A DNA stretch of 62,178 bases, the filler included, from Globobulimina sp. (Eukaryota): the NCBI GenBank assembly GCA_003354225.1. It is 26 parts of 26 records of this genome, joined end to end, with 100 filler letters (N's around TTAATTAATTAA, not from the genome) between each part and the next. Parts side by side here need not be neighbours in the genome. Positions count along the whole stretch, not along the records: positions 11,983 to 14,278 come from PIVH01007569.1; positions 14,379 to 16,674 come from PIVH01007570.1; positions 16,775 to 19,070 come from PIVH01007571.1; positions 19,171 to 21,466 come from PIVH01007572.1; positions 21,567 to 23,862 come from PIVH01007573.1; positions 23,963 to 26,258 come from PIVH01007574.1; 20 more parts are not named here. One strand, written 5' to 3'. The notes under the pieces are model-generated. The model searched no databases. It had not been told where the DNA came from and was given only the letters and a program-made list of their open reading frames with translations. How positions within the stretch are numbered: the stretch's first letter is position 1; each line of letters starts with the position of its first letter. Position numbers and translations under genes: made by a program. Positions 13,219-24,947 of this stretch are shown here, piece by piece.

Positions 13219-13430
13219 CTTTACGTTTTGTGTTTTGTTTTGAAAATTGATCGATGATTATAATATTAATAATTTCAGTAATTAAGTAATATCGAACTAT
13301 AAATATAACACCGAATTATAATTAGCACCGAATTATGAATTACATATAGATTGTCAAAAAGCTGCTGCATCTGTATGCGAATGGTAATGTTAGCGTTGTT
13401 ATCTGAGTTAAATAACAGGAAAATGTATCG

Positions 13431-13817
13431 ATCGTATTGGTTGACGAAATTGACCTGCATCTTCACCCCAAGTGGCAAATGCAAGCTATTAAGGTGGTGG
13501 CAAACGCTTTGCCACGGATGCAGTTCATCTTCACTTCCCACAGCCCTCTTGTGGCCAGCAGCCTTGAGTGGATGAACATCCTGACCCTGAAACGAGGCCG
13601 TGGCAACAAGACTGTTGCACAGCGACTCGACAAGAGCATTTACGGCCTTGACGCCGACCAGATATTGCTGACAGATCTCTTCGGTCTAAAATCCACTCGT
13701 GCCGGCAGCAAATCGCGCAAACTCGATGCTTTAACCATCAAAGCCCGAAATGGGGACGCCCAGGCGGCAAAGGATTTGCTTTCTGAACTTGCAACCGGCT
13801 CCGAGGAAGAAAAATGA
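13431..13817 (+). CDS. Bacterial AAA/ABC-type ATPase C-terminus (PtuA-like), 5' truncated
   Basis: Walker B and D-loop IVLVDEIDLHLHPKWQ, H-loop QFIFTSHSPLV; GC much higher than the flanking DNA. Confidence 0.85.
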   Translation: MVLVDEIDLHLHPKWQMQAIKVVANALPRMQFIFTSHSPLVASSLEWMNILTLKRGRGNKTVAQRLDKSIYGLDADQILLTDLFGLKSTRAGSKSRKLDALTIKARNGDAQAAKDLLSELATGSEEEK

Positions 13818-14278
13818 TCCGTTACCGCGTGACTCGCCAGCAATTGGAAAAGGAAATCGACAAAATCAGCCCCACTTGGCGTTCTAGGGCCAAAACACGA
13901 ACCCAAGAACTGGAGATTGGCACCCGCAAGCGCATCACAGGAATTTGGAGCGAAATCAAACCTGTATACATGACCTTGCAGCACTCTAAATGCGGATTCT
14001 GCGAAAAGAAACTGGAAGACCAGGTCATTGAACAAGATGTGGAGCACTTTCGGCCAAAAAATAAAGTCAGGCGTTGCACCGTCAGCAAACGCCTGAGCGA
14101 TCTTGGCGTTAAGGTCAACCAACCGGCCACAGGTTCCGAACCTGGTTACAAACTACTTGCTTATAACCCGCTAAATTACCTGGCGGCATGCAAAACCTGC
14201 AACTCAGTTTGCAAAAGAGATCTATTCCCCATCCAGGCACAACGCAAATCTAGGGCAAAAAATCCAACTCAGTTAAAG
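13814..14278 (+). CDS. Bacterial HNH endonuclease (PtuB-like), 3' truncated
   Basis: KCGFCE, DVEHFRPK, LAYNPLNYLAACKTCNS; ATGA overlap with the ATPase; GAGGAAG ribosome-binding-like sequence upstream. Confidence 0.85.
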
Positions 14279-14800
14279 NNNNNNNNNNNNNNNNNNNNNN
14301 NNNNNNNNNNNNNNNNNNNNNNTTAATTAATTAANNNNNNNNNNNNNNNNNNNNNNNNNNNNNNNNNNNNNNNNNNNNGTTTTTTTTTCATCTTTTTAGA
14401 AATAATTATCAATTAAAGCGAGTGTTGTCATGTTTCTTGTTTATTTTTTATTATTTATTAAAAAAAACAAATTCCAACGATGTGATTTTTTTGGTTTTAC
14501 GGAGTTGTTTTTTTCATTTATATTGTAATAAATAAAATACTTTATTTTAAATATTTTTTTGTTGTTGTTTATTAATTATTAATCCTGATAATGCTATTAA
14601 ATACATCATATTTGATTGGATTCAAATTATTAAAATTCAAAAGTATGGACTTTAGGTAAATGTTTACATGATCAAAAAAACACAGTTTTGATTCGGTCAT
14701 GTGTATTTATTCCTGATTTCTAGTTTTCTGTTTAGAAAGATTTTCAAGATGCAAGTTGGTACCTTTATACACTAACTATCAAAAAACTATAGCAATATTA

Positions 14801-16092
14801 ATGGGTCGTAAAAAAACGCTAAATCCAATGGATGCCTACAGGCGCAAAAAAAAGAAACAACAATTGGCCAAAGTATGTCAACACGCTGCATTCATCACAA
14901 AATGTTAGTTTCTAAAATCCACACTTAAAAACAGAACAAACGAAAACGTGCAGAAGCAAAAGACAAAGCATTACAAAGAAGAGACCCCGAATGGATTATG
15001 GCTGAGATACAAAAACTAAACAGAAGAGGTATCCATCCATCCATTACATCTCCCAACTCCTTGCACCATTAAACAAACCAACAAAAAACAGAGAAACAAG
15101 ACCATGGCAGAAACGAAGAAAAACACACCAATCGACGCAAAAAATTATTGGAAGCCTATGACCGCGCCGTCCGAATCCGAAAAATGAAACAAAAAACACA
15201 AAAAAATACATCCGATAATACATCCAAACCAGAAACTAACGATGAATCATCACCCAGTCCCCCACCAATTGAACAACTGGAACATATTCCAAATATCACA
15301 GAGAAATCTACAAAGACACACAATGCAAACAATACAGCCATAGCCACGCATACAAGCACTACGACCACCAATACAAACAACATTGCAAATGTCACCCCTC
15401 ACATTGTAAACTATCCCAATATGAATGCAACAGCAAATATGTACAACCCATTGTATCATAATCCATTGTTAATGCATCCACATCCACCGCTACCTCCATA
15501 TTCAATGCCTGTTCATGCAATGTACACTGATACAATGGGTGCAAAATCAAGCAATCCTGGTTTGTATACGCATGGACAGCAAAACCAAGCAAATGTGCAT
15601 AGTGCCTATTTTGGTGGAAATAATCAGTTATTGAAGCAACGCAGTCGAGCAGCAAAAGATATGTTTGATCCGATGAATCCTGCAAATCCAAAATATAATT
15701 TTCTTCATACGAAGGAACCGTTTGATAAAAGGAACCTAAATGATATTAATAGTGTGACAGAGCCGGCGCATACACACAAAGCAGAGGCCCCTAAGGGTGG
15801 TCCTGTTGCATTGGATAGTGATAAACCTAAGAGACAGATTGAAGTGATAATGGACCCAAAGTTACAAGCAATGAGGCCGAGTTGCATGAGATTGAAAAGG
15901 AAGTTTGAGAAACCAAAATGTGTTCGACCTGTAAAGAAAAGGAAATTGAATATTGCTCCGGATGTTGATGGGTCAAAGGATATGGAGAATGTGAATGGAA
16001 AGTGTTCAAATAAAAAACGGAATAATTTTGGGTCAGGCAGTGCTGATGCTGCCTATGATAAGTTTATGGATGAAATATCTGGATTGATTTGA
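14801..16092 (+). CDS. WBP11: WW-domain-binding protein 11-like splicing factor (introns 14873-14934, 15029-15091)
   Basis: Spliced N-terminus MGRKKTLNPMDAYRRKKKKQQLAKNKRKR...RDP; C-terminus DAAYDKFMDEISGLI. Confidence 0.8.
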
Positions 16093-16439
16093 TTGGCATG
16101 ATATAAATTTTTGTTTCTTGTCAAATCAATGTTCTAGTATTTCGTAATTGTAATTTGAGGGAATTGTCCAAATATTCAATCTAATCTAATATGATAATAT
16201 TTGATGTAAAGTTGATTTAACTTTAAACTGAATCTTGAGGTTTTTTGTTGAGATACATTCCGGCACAGAACAGGTGAAGAAAACTCACCAAAGATAATGG
16301 ATCATATAAAAGAATTAGTGATACATGGATACACTCGCAAATTAAACATCGCAGAAAATAGAATACCAAATGTATAGTTATGTATACAAAGGGAGGGGGG
16401 GTTATCTTTTGGGAATATCACTGAGTCACTAAACGTATC

Positions 16440-16674
16440 ATGTCAACTTACAACAGAAATAATAACCACAACAATCATACCAGAAATAATAAGCGTTCCT
16501 TTAACAAATCATGGGCCTCAAATACAAATAAAAAACGCAAATTTTCACATCGAGTGAATAATAATAATGAGACTATAATTGATGAGTCAGTCGAAGCAAT
16601 GGTAAAACATAATAAACCGCGCAAATGGACAGTTTCCATTGCTTTGCCCGGCTCAGTAATGAATACAGCAAAAG
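16440..16674 (+). CDS. SPOUT methyltransferase (C9orf114/SPOUT1-like), 3' truncated
   Basis: WTVSIALPGSVMNTA resembles TLSVALPGSILDNAQ, after a basic N-terminus. Confidence 0.7.
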
Positions 16675-17192
16675 NNNNNNNNNNNNNNNNNNNNNNNNNN
16701 NNNNNNNNNNNNNNNNNNTTAATTAATTAANNNNNNNNNNNNNNNNNNNNNNNNNNNNNNNNNNNNNNNNNNNNTATTTAATTGAACCATCAGCACCAAA
16801 CATCTCAAACTAATTTGGCATTGAATTTATAATCAATATTACATCGAATACAGAAACGCTTTCCATGCTTACAACATCTAAAAGAATCAGAATTCGTTAA
16901 AATTAATGTGGTGAATTAATGTCAACAATGCCTCCTCCGCTAATAATAGGAATTATGCGTTGTGCTTCTACGCTCTCTGAATTTAAGGAAGATCATATCA
17001 TTGACAAAGCAAATATTTTACAAATACGCAATATCGGATTGTGAGGCAAACAAAAGCTACATTTACATGCAATTGTGATGAACAATTCATTTTTGATAAG
17101 AAGGAAATAAGCAACGCTAATTTTTGTACAGTATTTGTTAAAAATGTAACATTGCATAATATGCACAACAAATAAGTGAAAACAAAATTAAA

Positions 17193-18880
17193 TCAAATGA
17201 TAGTTTGATAGGATTCCGAGTGATGAAATCTTGCCAAAGAATCGTTTTTCAACAAATTAATTATTTCTTCCAACGCGTTATCAAAAATTAGTAAACACTC
17301 CGCATATTTAGTGCTGTAGCTATGATGTACATTGTTTCCTACATTTTGAATGTTATCCACATCAATTGTCTCCAACTGAACCACTACGTCGATTGGACTT
17401 CCATTCCTCACAACGTTACTAACTAATTTGTGATACTTTTGTGCTGCCACACGTCTGTTGGATGAAGATATATTAATACAATATTCACTGTTTGAATTAA
17501 TGTATTGCTGCATGATATATTTCAAATTATTTTGTAACTCTTTAATGTTGTGAATATGACTATTTTTCCTCCGGAATTTATCGATTATATTGGAAGCAAT
17601 GGGCAATGTAATGCCTATTTGCACGGCATTGAGCAAACTGAATATATAAAATAACATAGTTTACGTGGATATACTTGCAAATATTAATGGCACTCAACTT
17701 ATTAGTAACTACCTCCTGTTTAATCTGAACCATTTCAAATATAAAAAATAAATTTTCGATGCTAAATTCCCGCACCAAATGGTTGGCAAATATGTCAAAT
17801 CCATCTTCTGTCGATACTATGTCTTCTAAACTCAAACGTTTGTTAACTTTGTTTGCTTGCTGATTGTCAATCTTTTTGCGTTGATTATTTTGTTTTTGAT
17901 ATCTCTGAACAGCCCAATACGTGGACACAAAGCAAAAGCCATAACATATCATACACGATACGATATTGATGGCAATCACTCGTTTGTTCGAATATAAGTC
18001 CGGGAATAATCTAACTGCAATGATATAGCTCACAAAGTTTATTCCGCAAACAATCCCAGTTGTGCCATACTCCCCTTTTATGATAAATATATACAGATTT
18101 TAACATGCGTACTGAGCCAGAATATGACTTAACTTCTGATAGAAAGCTCATCTCTGCATTTATGGATCTTGAATCCTATAAACAATGCGAAGAAAATGTA
18201 AGAAGAACCAATTAATTGTATGTAACTCAAGTAGTCCTCAAAAAACACATTAACAACACTGTGTATATAATATTGAAACGCAATTAGCAAAAACGATATT
18301 TATTCATCATCAGATCAAACGTTTTGAAAAACAAGTACTTAACGCAATTAATGCCATAAATGCAATGCCAAATAGACTTGATATGATCGACAATATTTTG
18401 AGATTCCCCATCCATTTATATTTAATTGTCCATGGTATTTCAGTTTTTTCTGTGGTGAGTTGTTGCGTCCATTTTAGTGACAATGCATGCAGTCCGTAAT
18501 TATAATCATAATATAATAGCCATAAACGAATAGAAAAAATTATTGGATAAATTTGAATAACATTAAGAACAAAATTGGTGAAGGGATTTTTGATATTTTG
18601 ACTATTCATTCTTGAAAAATCAACAGCAGGACGAATGAGTATTGGATACATATTATACAAAATAACGCCAACTACAACAAACTTTGGATGGCGTTTGGTA
18701 AAAAAAGATATATTCTGCTTGTGATATTGCCAGAATCTGTACGCATACTAAAATGATAATGGAGCCAAAACAAGAACGATGATAGGATTGATAATATAAT
18801 GTTGGCTGTCTCCAAACTAACGTCTGTTTTTGTAGAAGACATGGTTTCCAATATTTACTAACATGAAAAGTTTCGCTCAT
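17193..18880 (-). CDS. Multi-TM protein with C-terminal RGS domain (7TM-RGS-like), several introns
   Basis: GFDIFANHLVREFSIENLFF, YINSNSEYCINISS, IINLLKNDSLARF; hydrophobic upstream exons. Confidence 0.8.
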
Positions 18881-19335
18881 CGATCAGTAATGGCAGAAAT
18901 ATTTGATATTAATTATTCTATGGATATGGCAGTATATGGAATTATAAATTAATACAAAACAAACGAAAAAGAAAGAAAAATACAAGTTGATATAATAATA
19001 TTATATATAATTATAATAATTAAAAAAAATACATTGAATGCACAATCAATATCAGTTATATACATATTATNNNNNNNNNNNNNNNNNNNNNNNNNNNNNN
19101 NNNNNNNNNNNNNNTTAATTAATTAANNNNNNNNNNNNNNNNNNNNNNNNNNNNNNNNNNNNNNNNNNNNTTGATACCATTAATACCATTGGGCGCGAGG
19201 CCATTGATGCTATAACTCATTTGTGTATATGTACGGTTTAGTTAAACCGCCAAAAGAGATTCATACACAACAAATGTACCGTACCTTGTACCTTGAGACT
19301 TGGTGCCATGGTTGTTGATGAAAGCATGTCACTGA

Positions 19336-21117
19336 CTGAAGTTTTTTATTGACAGACCGCATCATATTTGCCCACATTGTGGAAAAGATTGCAGAGAGTC
19401 AAAGAACACTATTGTGAAGGAAGCAACATTATATTCTGACTCGTTTTCATATGATGTGTCGATATATAATTATTTTTGTTCGAATTGTTTATATTGCATG
19501 AAATATGATGGGCTAAAAGATAAAATATTCAACAAAAATAATAAATCATTATATACACATTCTTTATTTAATGGATGGACAATATCGCGAATTAAATCCA
19601 AAACTACTTTGACTGCTTTTCACACAACAAAAGAATCATTATATTATAATTCAAATCAAACGTTTGTTGCAATGACAACTTTCTCCGAATCGTATGAATC
19701 ATTTAGAAATTTACAACAATGGACTAATTCGTTAACATGTTATTTTTGTACAAAATTAAATCAGTTCCCACAGATTCTTGGAATGGATGGAACATCATTG
19801 TTAATAAAAAAAGAGAAAATTTCAAATATTATTGCACCAAAAGAAAGCAACCAATTATGTGGAAATAATGATATTGTGAAAATGAGAAATATTGTAAATA
19901 AAACAACTATGGTATATATTAAGCGTAAGAGTTTACGTCTTAGAACAACACAGCTGATGATTGGAAAAGAAATCCGAATATATCAACATGATAAAAATGT
20001 AAAATTACATTTAGCATTTAATTGGACACCAAAGAGATTAAATAATTTATATGCTGAATTGATAGAATCTGGATGTAAAACACTTTGTGATTTGATAAAA
20101 TGGTATTTAGCAAATCGAAATGATATTAAATCAAAACCATTACAACATTTAATTGGAGATTTATTGAGAGCATTGGCAAATTATGTACCATTATTCAAAT
20201 TATCACCATCGAAAATAAATAACACAGCAAAATTATTTACAATCGGCGATTTTATGAATCGTGAAACGTATAAACTGTTCTGCCAATACACCCCATTTTA
20301 TATCTTGTTTTATGAGCAAATGCAAAAAGAGAATGCGACTTGGCCACCCATATTGACTGAGCTTATTAAAGAGTTAGCAACGAAATCTGAGGCAGTATTA
20401 AAAACATTAATATCGCAACGTGAAAAATCGAACCCGTTACAAGAAACAACAGGAACACAAAAGGAATTATTTGCAAATGCTGCTGCATCTGGATGTGGTT
20501 ATGGATATCGTATGAAAAATCTTAGACCGAAATATGATTTTTATTCAGAATCAGATAAATATAAAAAAAAAAGAAAAGCATCAAAGGAAACAGAAGCAGA
20601 ATTAGTCGGACAATGTAATAAATATTTTAAAAAATATAGTAAAATGTCACATGGTTTGGTTACAATGAAATGTCTTGAGCATGAACAAAATATTGGATTT
20701 CATATAATGAAAAGTCCAGAATCAATCGATGAATATTTCTCAACAATTACTATGATGTATCCTGGTTCGACTGCACCGTCTGATATAATAATGGATAATC
20801 CTTGCAATGCATTGCCATATTTCATATATAGAGAACCAAATAAATATCAATACACTCAAATGCATTCTGATATATTTCATGGTTGGTCTGGGCATAAATG
20901 TGGACCAATATTTTGTTCCAGATATTGGAAAGAATGTTGCTCAAAATATTCAGATTTAAATACATCATCAATTGAATCAGGAAATAATATATGGAAAAGG
21001 ATGAGTGTTTCATCAATGTGGATGAATGTTGATACATTTACGCGCCATGTAACAATGATGATGGAGATCCAGAATAGAACAGAAATACGGAAACAAGAAA
21101 ATAAACCAACTTTTTGA
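19336..21117 (+). mobile_element. KDZ (Kyakuja-Dileera-Zisupton)-type transposase with a Cys-cluster N-terminal domain, 5' incomplete
   Basis: CPHC...C..C upstream; GMDGT; C.EH...GFHIM..PES; IIMDNPC; YREP; DIFH...H.C; LNTSSIESGN. Confidence 0.75.
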
Positions 21118-21317
21118 AATTTTGTGTGCTTGCAATAACATCGCTTCTTAAACCATGACAACACCATAAGCCATGACATCGATCCTTCGCTTTCCGCCAT
21201 AAATATAAGCCATGACATCGCTCCTTCGCTGCCAGAATATAAAACAACAAAAATAAGTTAAATAACAGAATATAAAAAAAATACAGAACATAAAAATAAT
21301 TTTAATGATTATAAATT

Positions 21318-21466
21318 GCGCGGCGTTCATTGGATTGCGCGGTGTTCATTGGATTGCTCGGTGTTCATTGGTTTGCTCGGTGTTCATTGGTTTGCGCGGT
21401 GTTCATTGGTTTGCGCGGTGTTCATTGGTTTGCGCGGTGTTCATTGGTTTGCGCGGTGTTCATTGG
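21318..21466 (+). repeat. Minisatellite, 19-bp unit GCGCGGTGTTCATTGGTTT (~8 copies, runs off the contig)
   Basis: Directly visible; no unique spacers. Confidence 0.95.
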
Positions 21467-21760
21467 NNNNNNNNNNNNNNNNNNNNNNNNNNNNNNNNNN
21501 NNNNNNNNNNTTAATTAATTAANNNNNNNNNNNNNNNNNNNNNNNNNNNNNNNNNNNNNNNNNNNNTGACGAATTAAAATGCCTGCACGGTTTGCTAAAT
21601 CTCGTGATGCTGATAATAAATTCAATAAACAGACTGTATTTGCCATGCTTTGAAGAGTGAAAATTATTGTGTGTAACACAGCAATTGAAGTGGGTAAAAT
21701 TCTTAATAACTCATCAATTTTAATTATTTTATGCACCAGTTAACGAGTTGTTGTCTGTTG

Positions 21761-23332
21761 TCAAGAATCAGTATCCATTTTTTGTTTTTTTGCTGGAGGT
21801 TCAATTATTTTATTGTATGACTTGTTGGAATTACCTTTTATTATTTCCATTTGTGATGATTTTGTCTGTGTTTCATCCTCAATGTTATGATTTTTCTGAA
21901 TTTGATCACCAATTTCCCAGTTTCTCAATAATCCCATAAATAAAGGAACAATTTCACAATTTTCCATTTTATTTGAAAGTTCTTTTGTTTGTTTCTGTAT
22001 CATTTCAATTATAATATTTTTGCTAGCACTCTGCACACATAATTTATTATTATTATCTGTTTTTGATAAAAGAAACACATCCAATAATAAATATACATCA
22101 TCATCATTCTCTTTACAACAACAAAATGTCATTAAGTTACCATTATCATCAAATATCATATCATATAAACCATTAAAAATACTGCAATCTATCAATAAAT
22201 CGAATGAATTTAATAATACCAAACTTGGTTTTAATTCATTCTCTAAATCCAATCCAAACAAATAAACTTTGCATGATTTATTAAATGAAACAGCCACAAC
22301 ACTCGTTTTTGAAAAGTATTTTATATCCGTTATAATTAATGGTTGATCTTTGATCGTATCATAATATTCATTGCCTTCATTACAATCAATATCAAATACT
22401 TTATCATCACTTTTATGTTCCTCCTTATTTTCCTCATTGACATTAAACCGAATGACATTCAACTGTTTCCCCGACGGTATGGACCAAAAACGAATAGTTC
22501 CATCAACACTGCCACTTACAATATAATTATATTTTGTGTCATCAACAACAACAAACTTAGTGACAGCCCCTGTATGTCCATAGCAGAATGCATCAATAAT
22601 ATATAACTGTGGAAAGCGTGATATTCTAATTTTAAAGTCTTTATCCGCACTCATTAGATATTTACCGCGCGAATCAAATGCAATATGCGTGATTATGGTT
22701 AAATGTCCAGTTCCATCATATTTTATTTTTAATGATGGCAAATAATGCATACAAATTACACCAAATTTATTTGCTGATAATAAATATTCTTCATCTTTGG
22801 TTGTGTCACTTAATGGATTTAAACAAATTGATGAGATTTTCTTTTCCAATTTTTTAATTCGATGAAGTTGATACAATTTTTGATCATTATCATTGTCGTT
22901 ATCATTATTTTTATGCATTAAAATGCGAAGCGTTTTGTCATCCGTTGCAATTATAAAACAATTATGTTTTGATGAGTACACAATATGAGTTATTAAAATA
23001 CATTCTGGCACATTTTTTGAATTGTTTTTATTAACTTTATCTTTCTTTTTTGGTGTTTTTGTATCAATCGAGTCTTTGCACTCTTTCGCTTCTTTACATT
23101 CTTGCTTTTCGTGTGATTCTTGTTCATTGTCATTTTTTTTATTTTTATTTTTTTTTGCTTTTGCTTTTGACGGTTGTGTTTCTTCGAATTTTACAATGTC
23201 TTTTCCATCGCATTCATATTTAAATAACAATTTAGCAGTGCTATTTGTTAAAAACGTTTTAATGATTGATGTTGTACATATAAAGTCAAATAATAGCATA
23301 CTTCCTACAAAATACATTGAGAGTGTTACCAA
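21761..23332 (-). CDS. WDR4: tRNA m7G46 methyltransferase non-catalytic WD40 subunit (Trm82/WDR4)
   Basis: ANKFG, GHLTIITHI, SADKDFKIRISRFP, IDAFCYGHTGAV. Confidence 0.85.
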   Translation of the reverse strand: MVTLSMYFVGSMLLFDFICTTSIIKTFLTNSTAKLLFKYECDGKDIVKFEETQPSKAKAKKNKNKKNDNEQESHEKQECKEAKECKDSIDTKTPKKKDKVNKNNSKNVPECILITHIVYSSKHNCFIIATDDKTLRILMHKNNDNDNDNDQKLYQLHRIKKLEKKISSICLNPLSDTTKDEEYLLSANKFGVICMHYLPSLKIKYDGTGHLTIITHIAFDSRGKYLMSADKDFKIRISRFPQLYIIDAFCYGHTGAVTKFVVVDDTKYNYIVSGSVDGTIRFWSIPSGKQLNVIRFNVNEENKEEHKSDDKVFDIDCNEGNEYYDTIKDQPLIITDIKYFSKTSVVAVSFNKSCKVYLFGLDLENELKPSLVLLNSFDLLIDCSIFNGLYDMIFDDNGNLMTFCCCKENDDDVYLLLDVFLLSKTDNNNKLCVQSASKNIIIEMIQKQTKELSNKMENCEIVPLFMGLLRNWEIGDQIQKNHNIEDETQTKSSQMEIIKGNSNKSYNKIIEPPAKKQKMDTDS

Positions 23333-23384
23333 TTGCTAATGCAATGTATCGCTGAGACAAAGAAACAAGAGACATGGTTAAAAA

Positions 23385-23862
23385 GTGATGTTTGAATTGA
23401 AAGATGATGAAGTTTTTGCACCTTCTTTGTTGATGACGTCGTTATTTGGTTTGAAAGAAGCTGAACAAGAGATATTATGTTGTGGCTATATTCGTCAAAA
23501 TTACAGAAATCATCTTTTATTTCCAATGGACTTGATACATACTTTGGTAGCATTATTAAACCCAATTTTTTACTGGAATTTCCATACAGATCAACAGATG
23601 AAACAATTATCCTCCACACCAAATGGTTTATGTGTTGAAAGTGAAACATTCAATATTCATGACATTAAATTTTTTTGTACACTTTTCCCAAATGGTTGTC
23701 AGTCGGATTACCCACAGAGTGTAATGTTTTATTTAGAGATTGCATCTTGGCCTTTGAATATAAAATCGTTGACCATATATTTTGAATTATTCGAGAAAAA
23801 AACACAATCGATTTGGAAAAACGTTGAAATATTCGAAAAAGATAGAACTTATATTGTTCGTG
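23385..23862 (+). CDS. MATH/TRAF-like domain protein, 3' truncated
   Basis: ESETFNIHDIKFFCTLFPNG...VMFYLEI resembles MATH strands. Confidence 0.55.
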
Positions 23863-23961
23863 NNNNNNNNNNNNNNNNNNNNNNNNNNNNNNNNNNNNNN
23901 NNNNNNTTAATTAATTAANNNNNNNNNNNNNNNNNNNNNNNNNNNNNNNNNNNNNNNNNNN

Positions 23962-24901
23962 NTTTTTGTACATTTGTAAAAGAATTTGTATTTACATTGG
24001 CATTGCCTTTGTATTTTAATGGTGCGTATAACTCTGAGTAATAATTATAATATTTATCAATCGGGTTTTGCCGATTATTTATAACATTTTGTACCGCATT
24101 GTGTTTGTTGGCTATTTTACGCAAAGCTTTGCTTCGCATTTTTTCAATTTTTTGCTCAAATTTCTCCTGTTTGCCGTATAAATCCATAGTTAATTTGTTG
24201 ATTCTTTCTTGCTGTATACTCTCAATCATTTGATTCCGTTTATTCATTTCATGCACAACAGTCAGATATTTCTCGTGTTGCTGTCGTTTGATTAATAATT
24301 CCTTGTATTCCCAATCAGACTTTTCCAGTTGCGACAATATTCTGCGTCTCAATTTTAATGATTTGTTGCTCATCGATGTCGGCAATATTGCTAATATTTG
24401 TTTTTTTATAATTTCGCGTTCCAATGCTTCCACTTCGTCATATCCGACCGGCAATGTTCCATCTTTAAATTTCAAATGTTGCGTCTCTAATAATTGTGGT
24501 ATTTTATCGCCATTTTTTTCATCTGTAATCACTTGGAATGGCGGCGAATATGGATCCGTTTGGACGCATGAATCTCGATAATCGGTCTGAATACCAATTG
24601 TTTTACTAAATTGCTCACAATCTCTGATCACCGCACTCCGTGATTTTTGCTGACTCATTTTTTTATGATCTGTGGAGGTTTCCGCAGTGGTTACATTTGG
24701 CGATTGTAAATATTCAATGTTGGTCGTTTGTGTATTAAATTTCTTATTTGATTGTGCAAAATATTTACACCGTTGACTGCCTAAAATATGCGAACTTTTG
24801 ACAGTTTTGTCGCCGCGAAACAACGGCCGATCGCCTGCTGTTTTGATATATATCGGATCATAAATATGATCAAACGCACGATTCTCATGAAACATATTCA
24901 A
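23962..24901 (-). CDS. CFAP91: Cilia- and flagella-associated protein 91, 3' truncated
   Basis: RAFDHIYDP, QTDYRDSCVQTDPYSP, LPVGYDEVEALER. Confidence 0.85.
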
Positions 24902-24947
24902 TATTAAACCAAATTAATGTAAAAAATATTATGAGATATATAGTGAC

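Noticed and set aside
21318-21466. 19-bp repeats as a CRISPR array
   Set aside because: Head-to-tail units with no unique spacers and no cas genes
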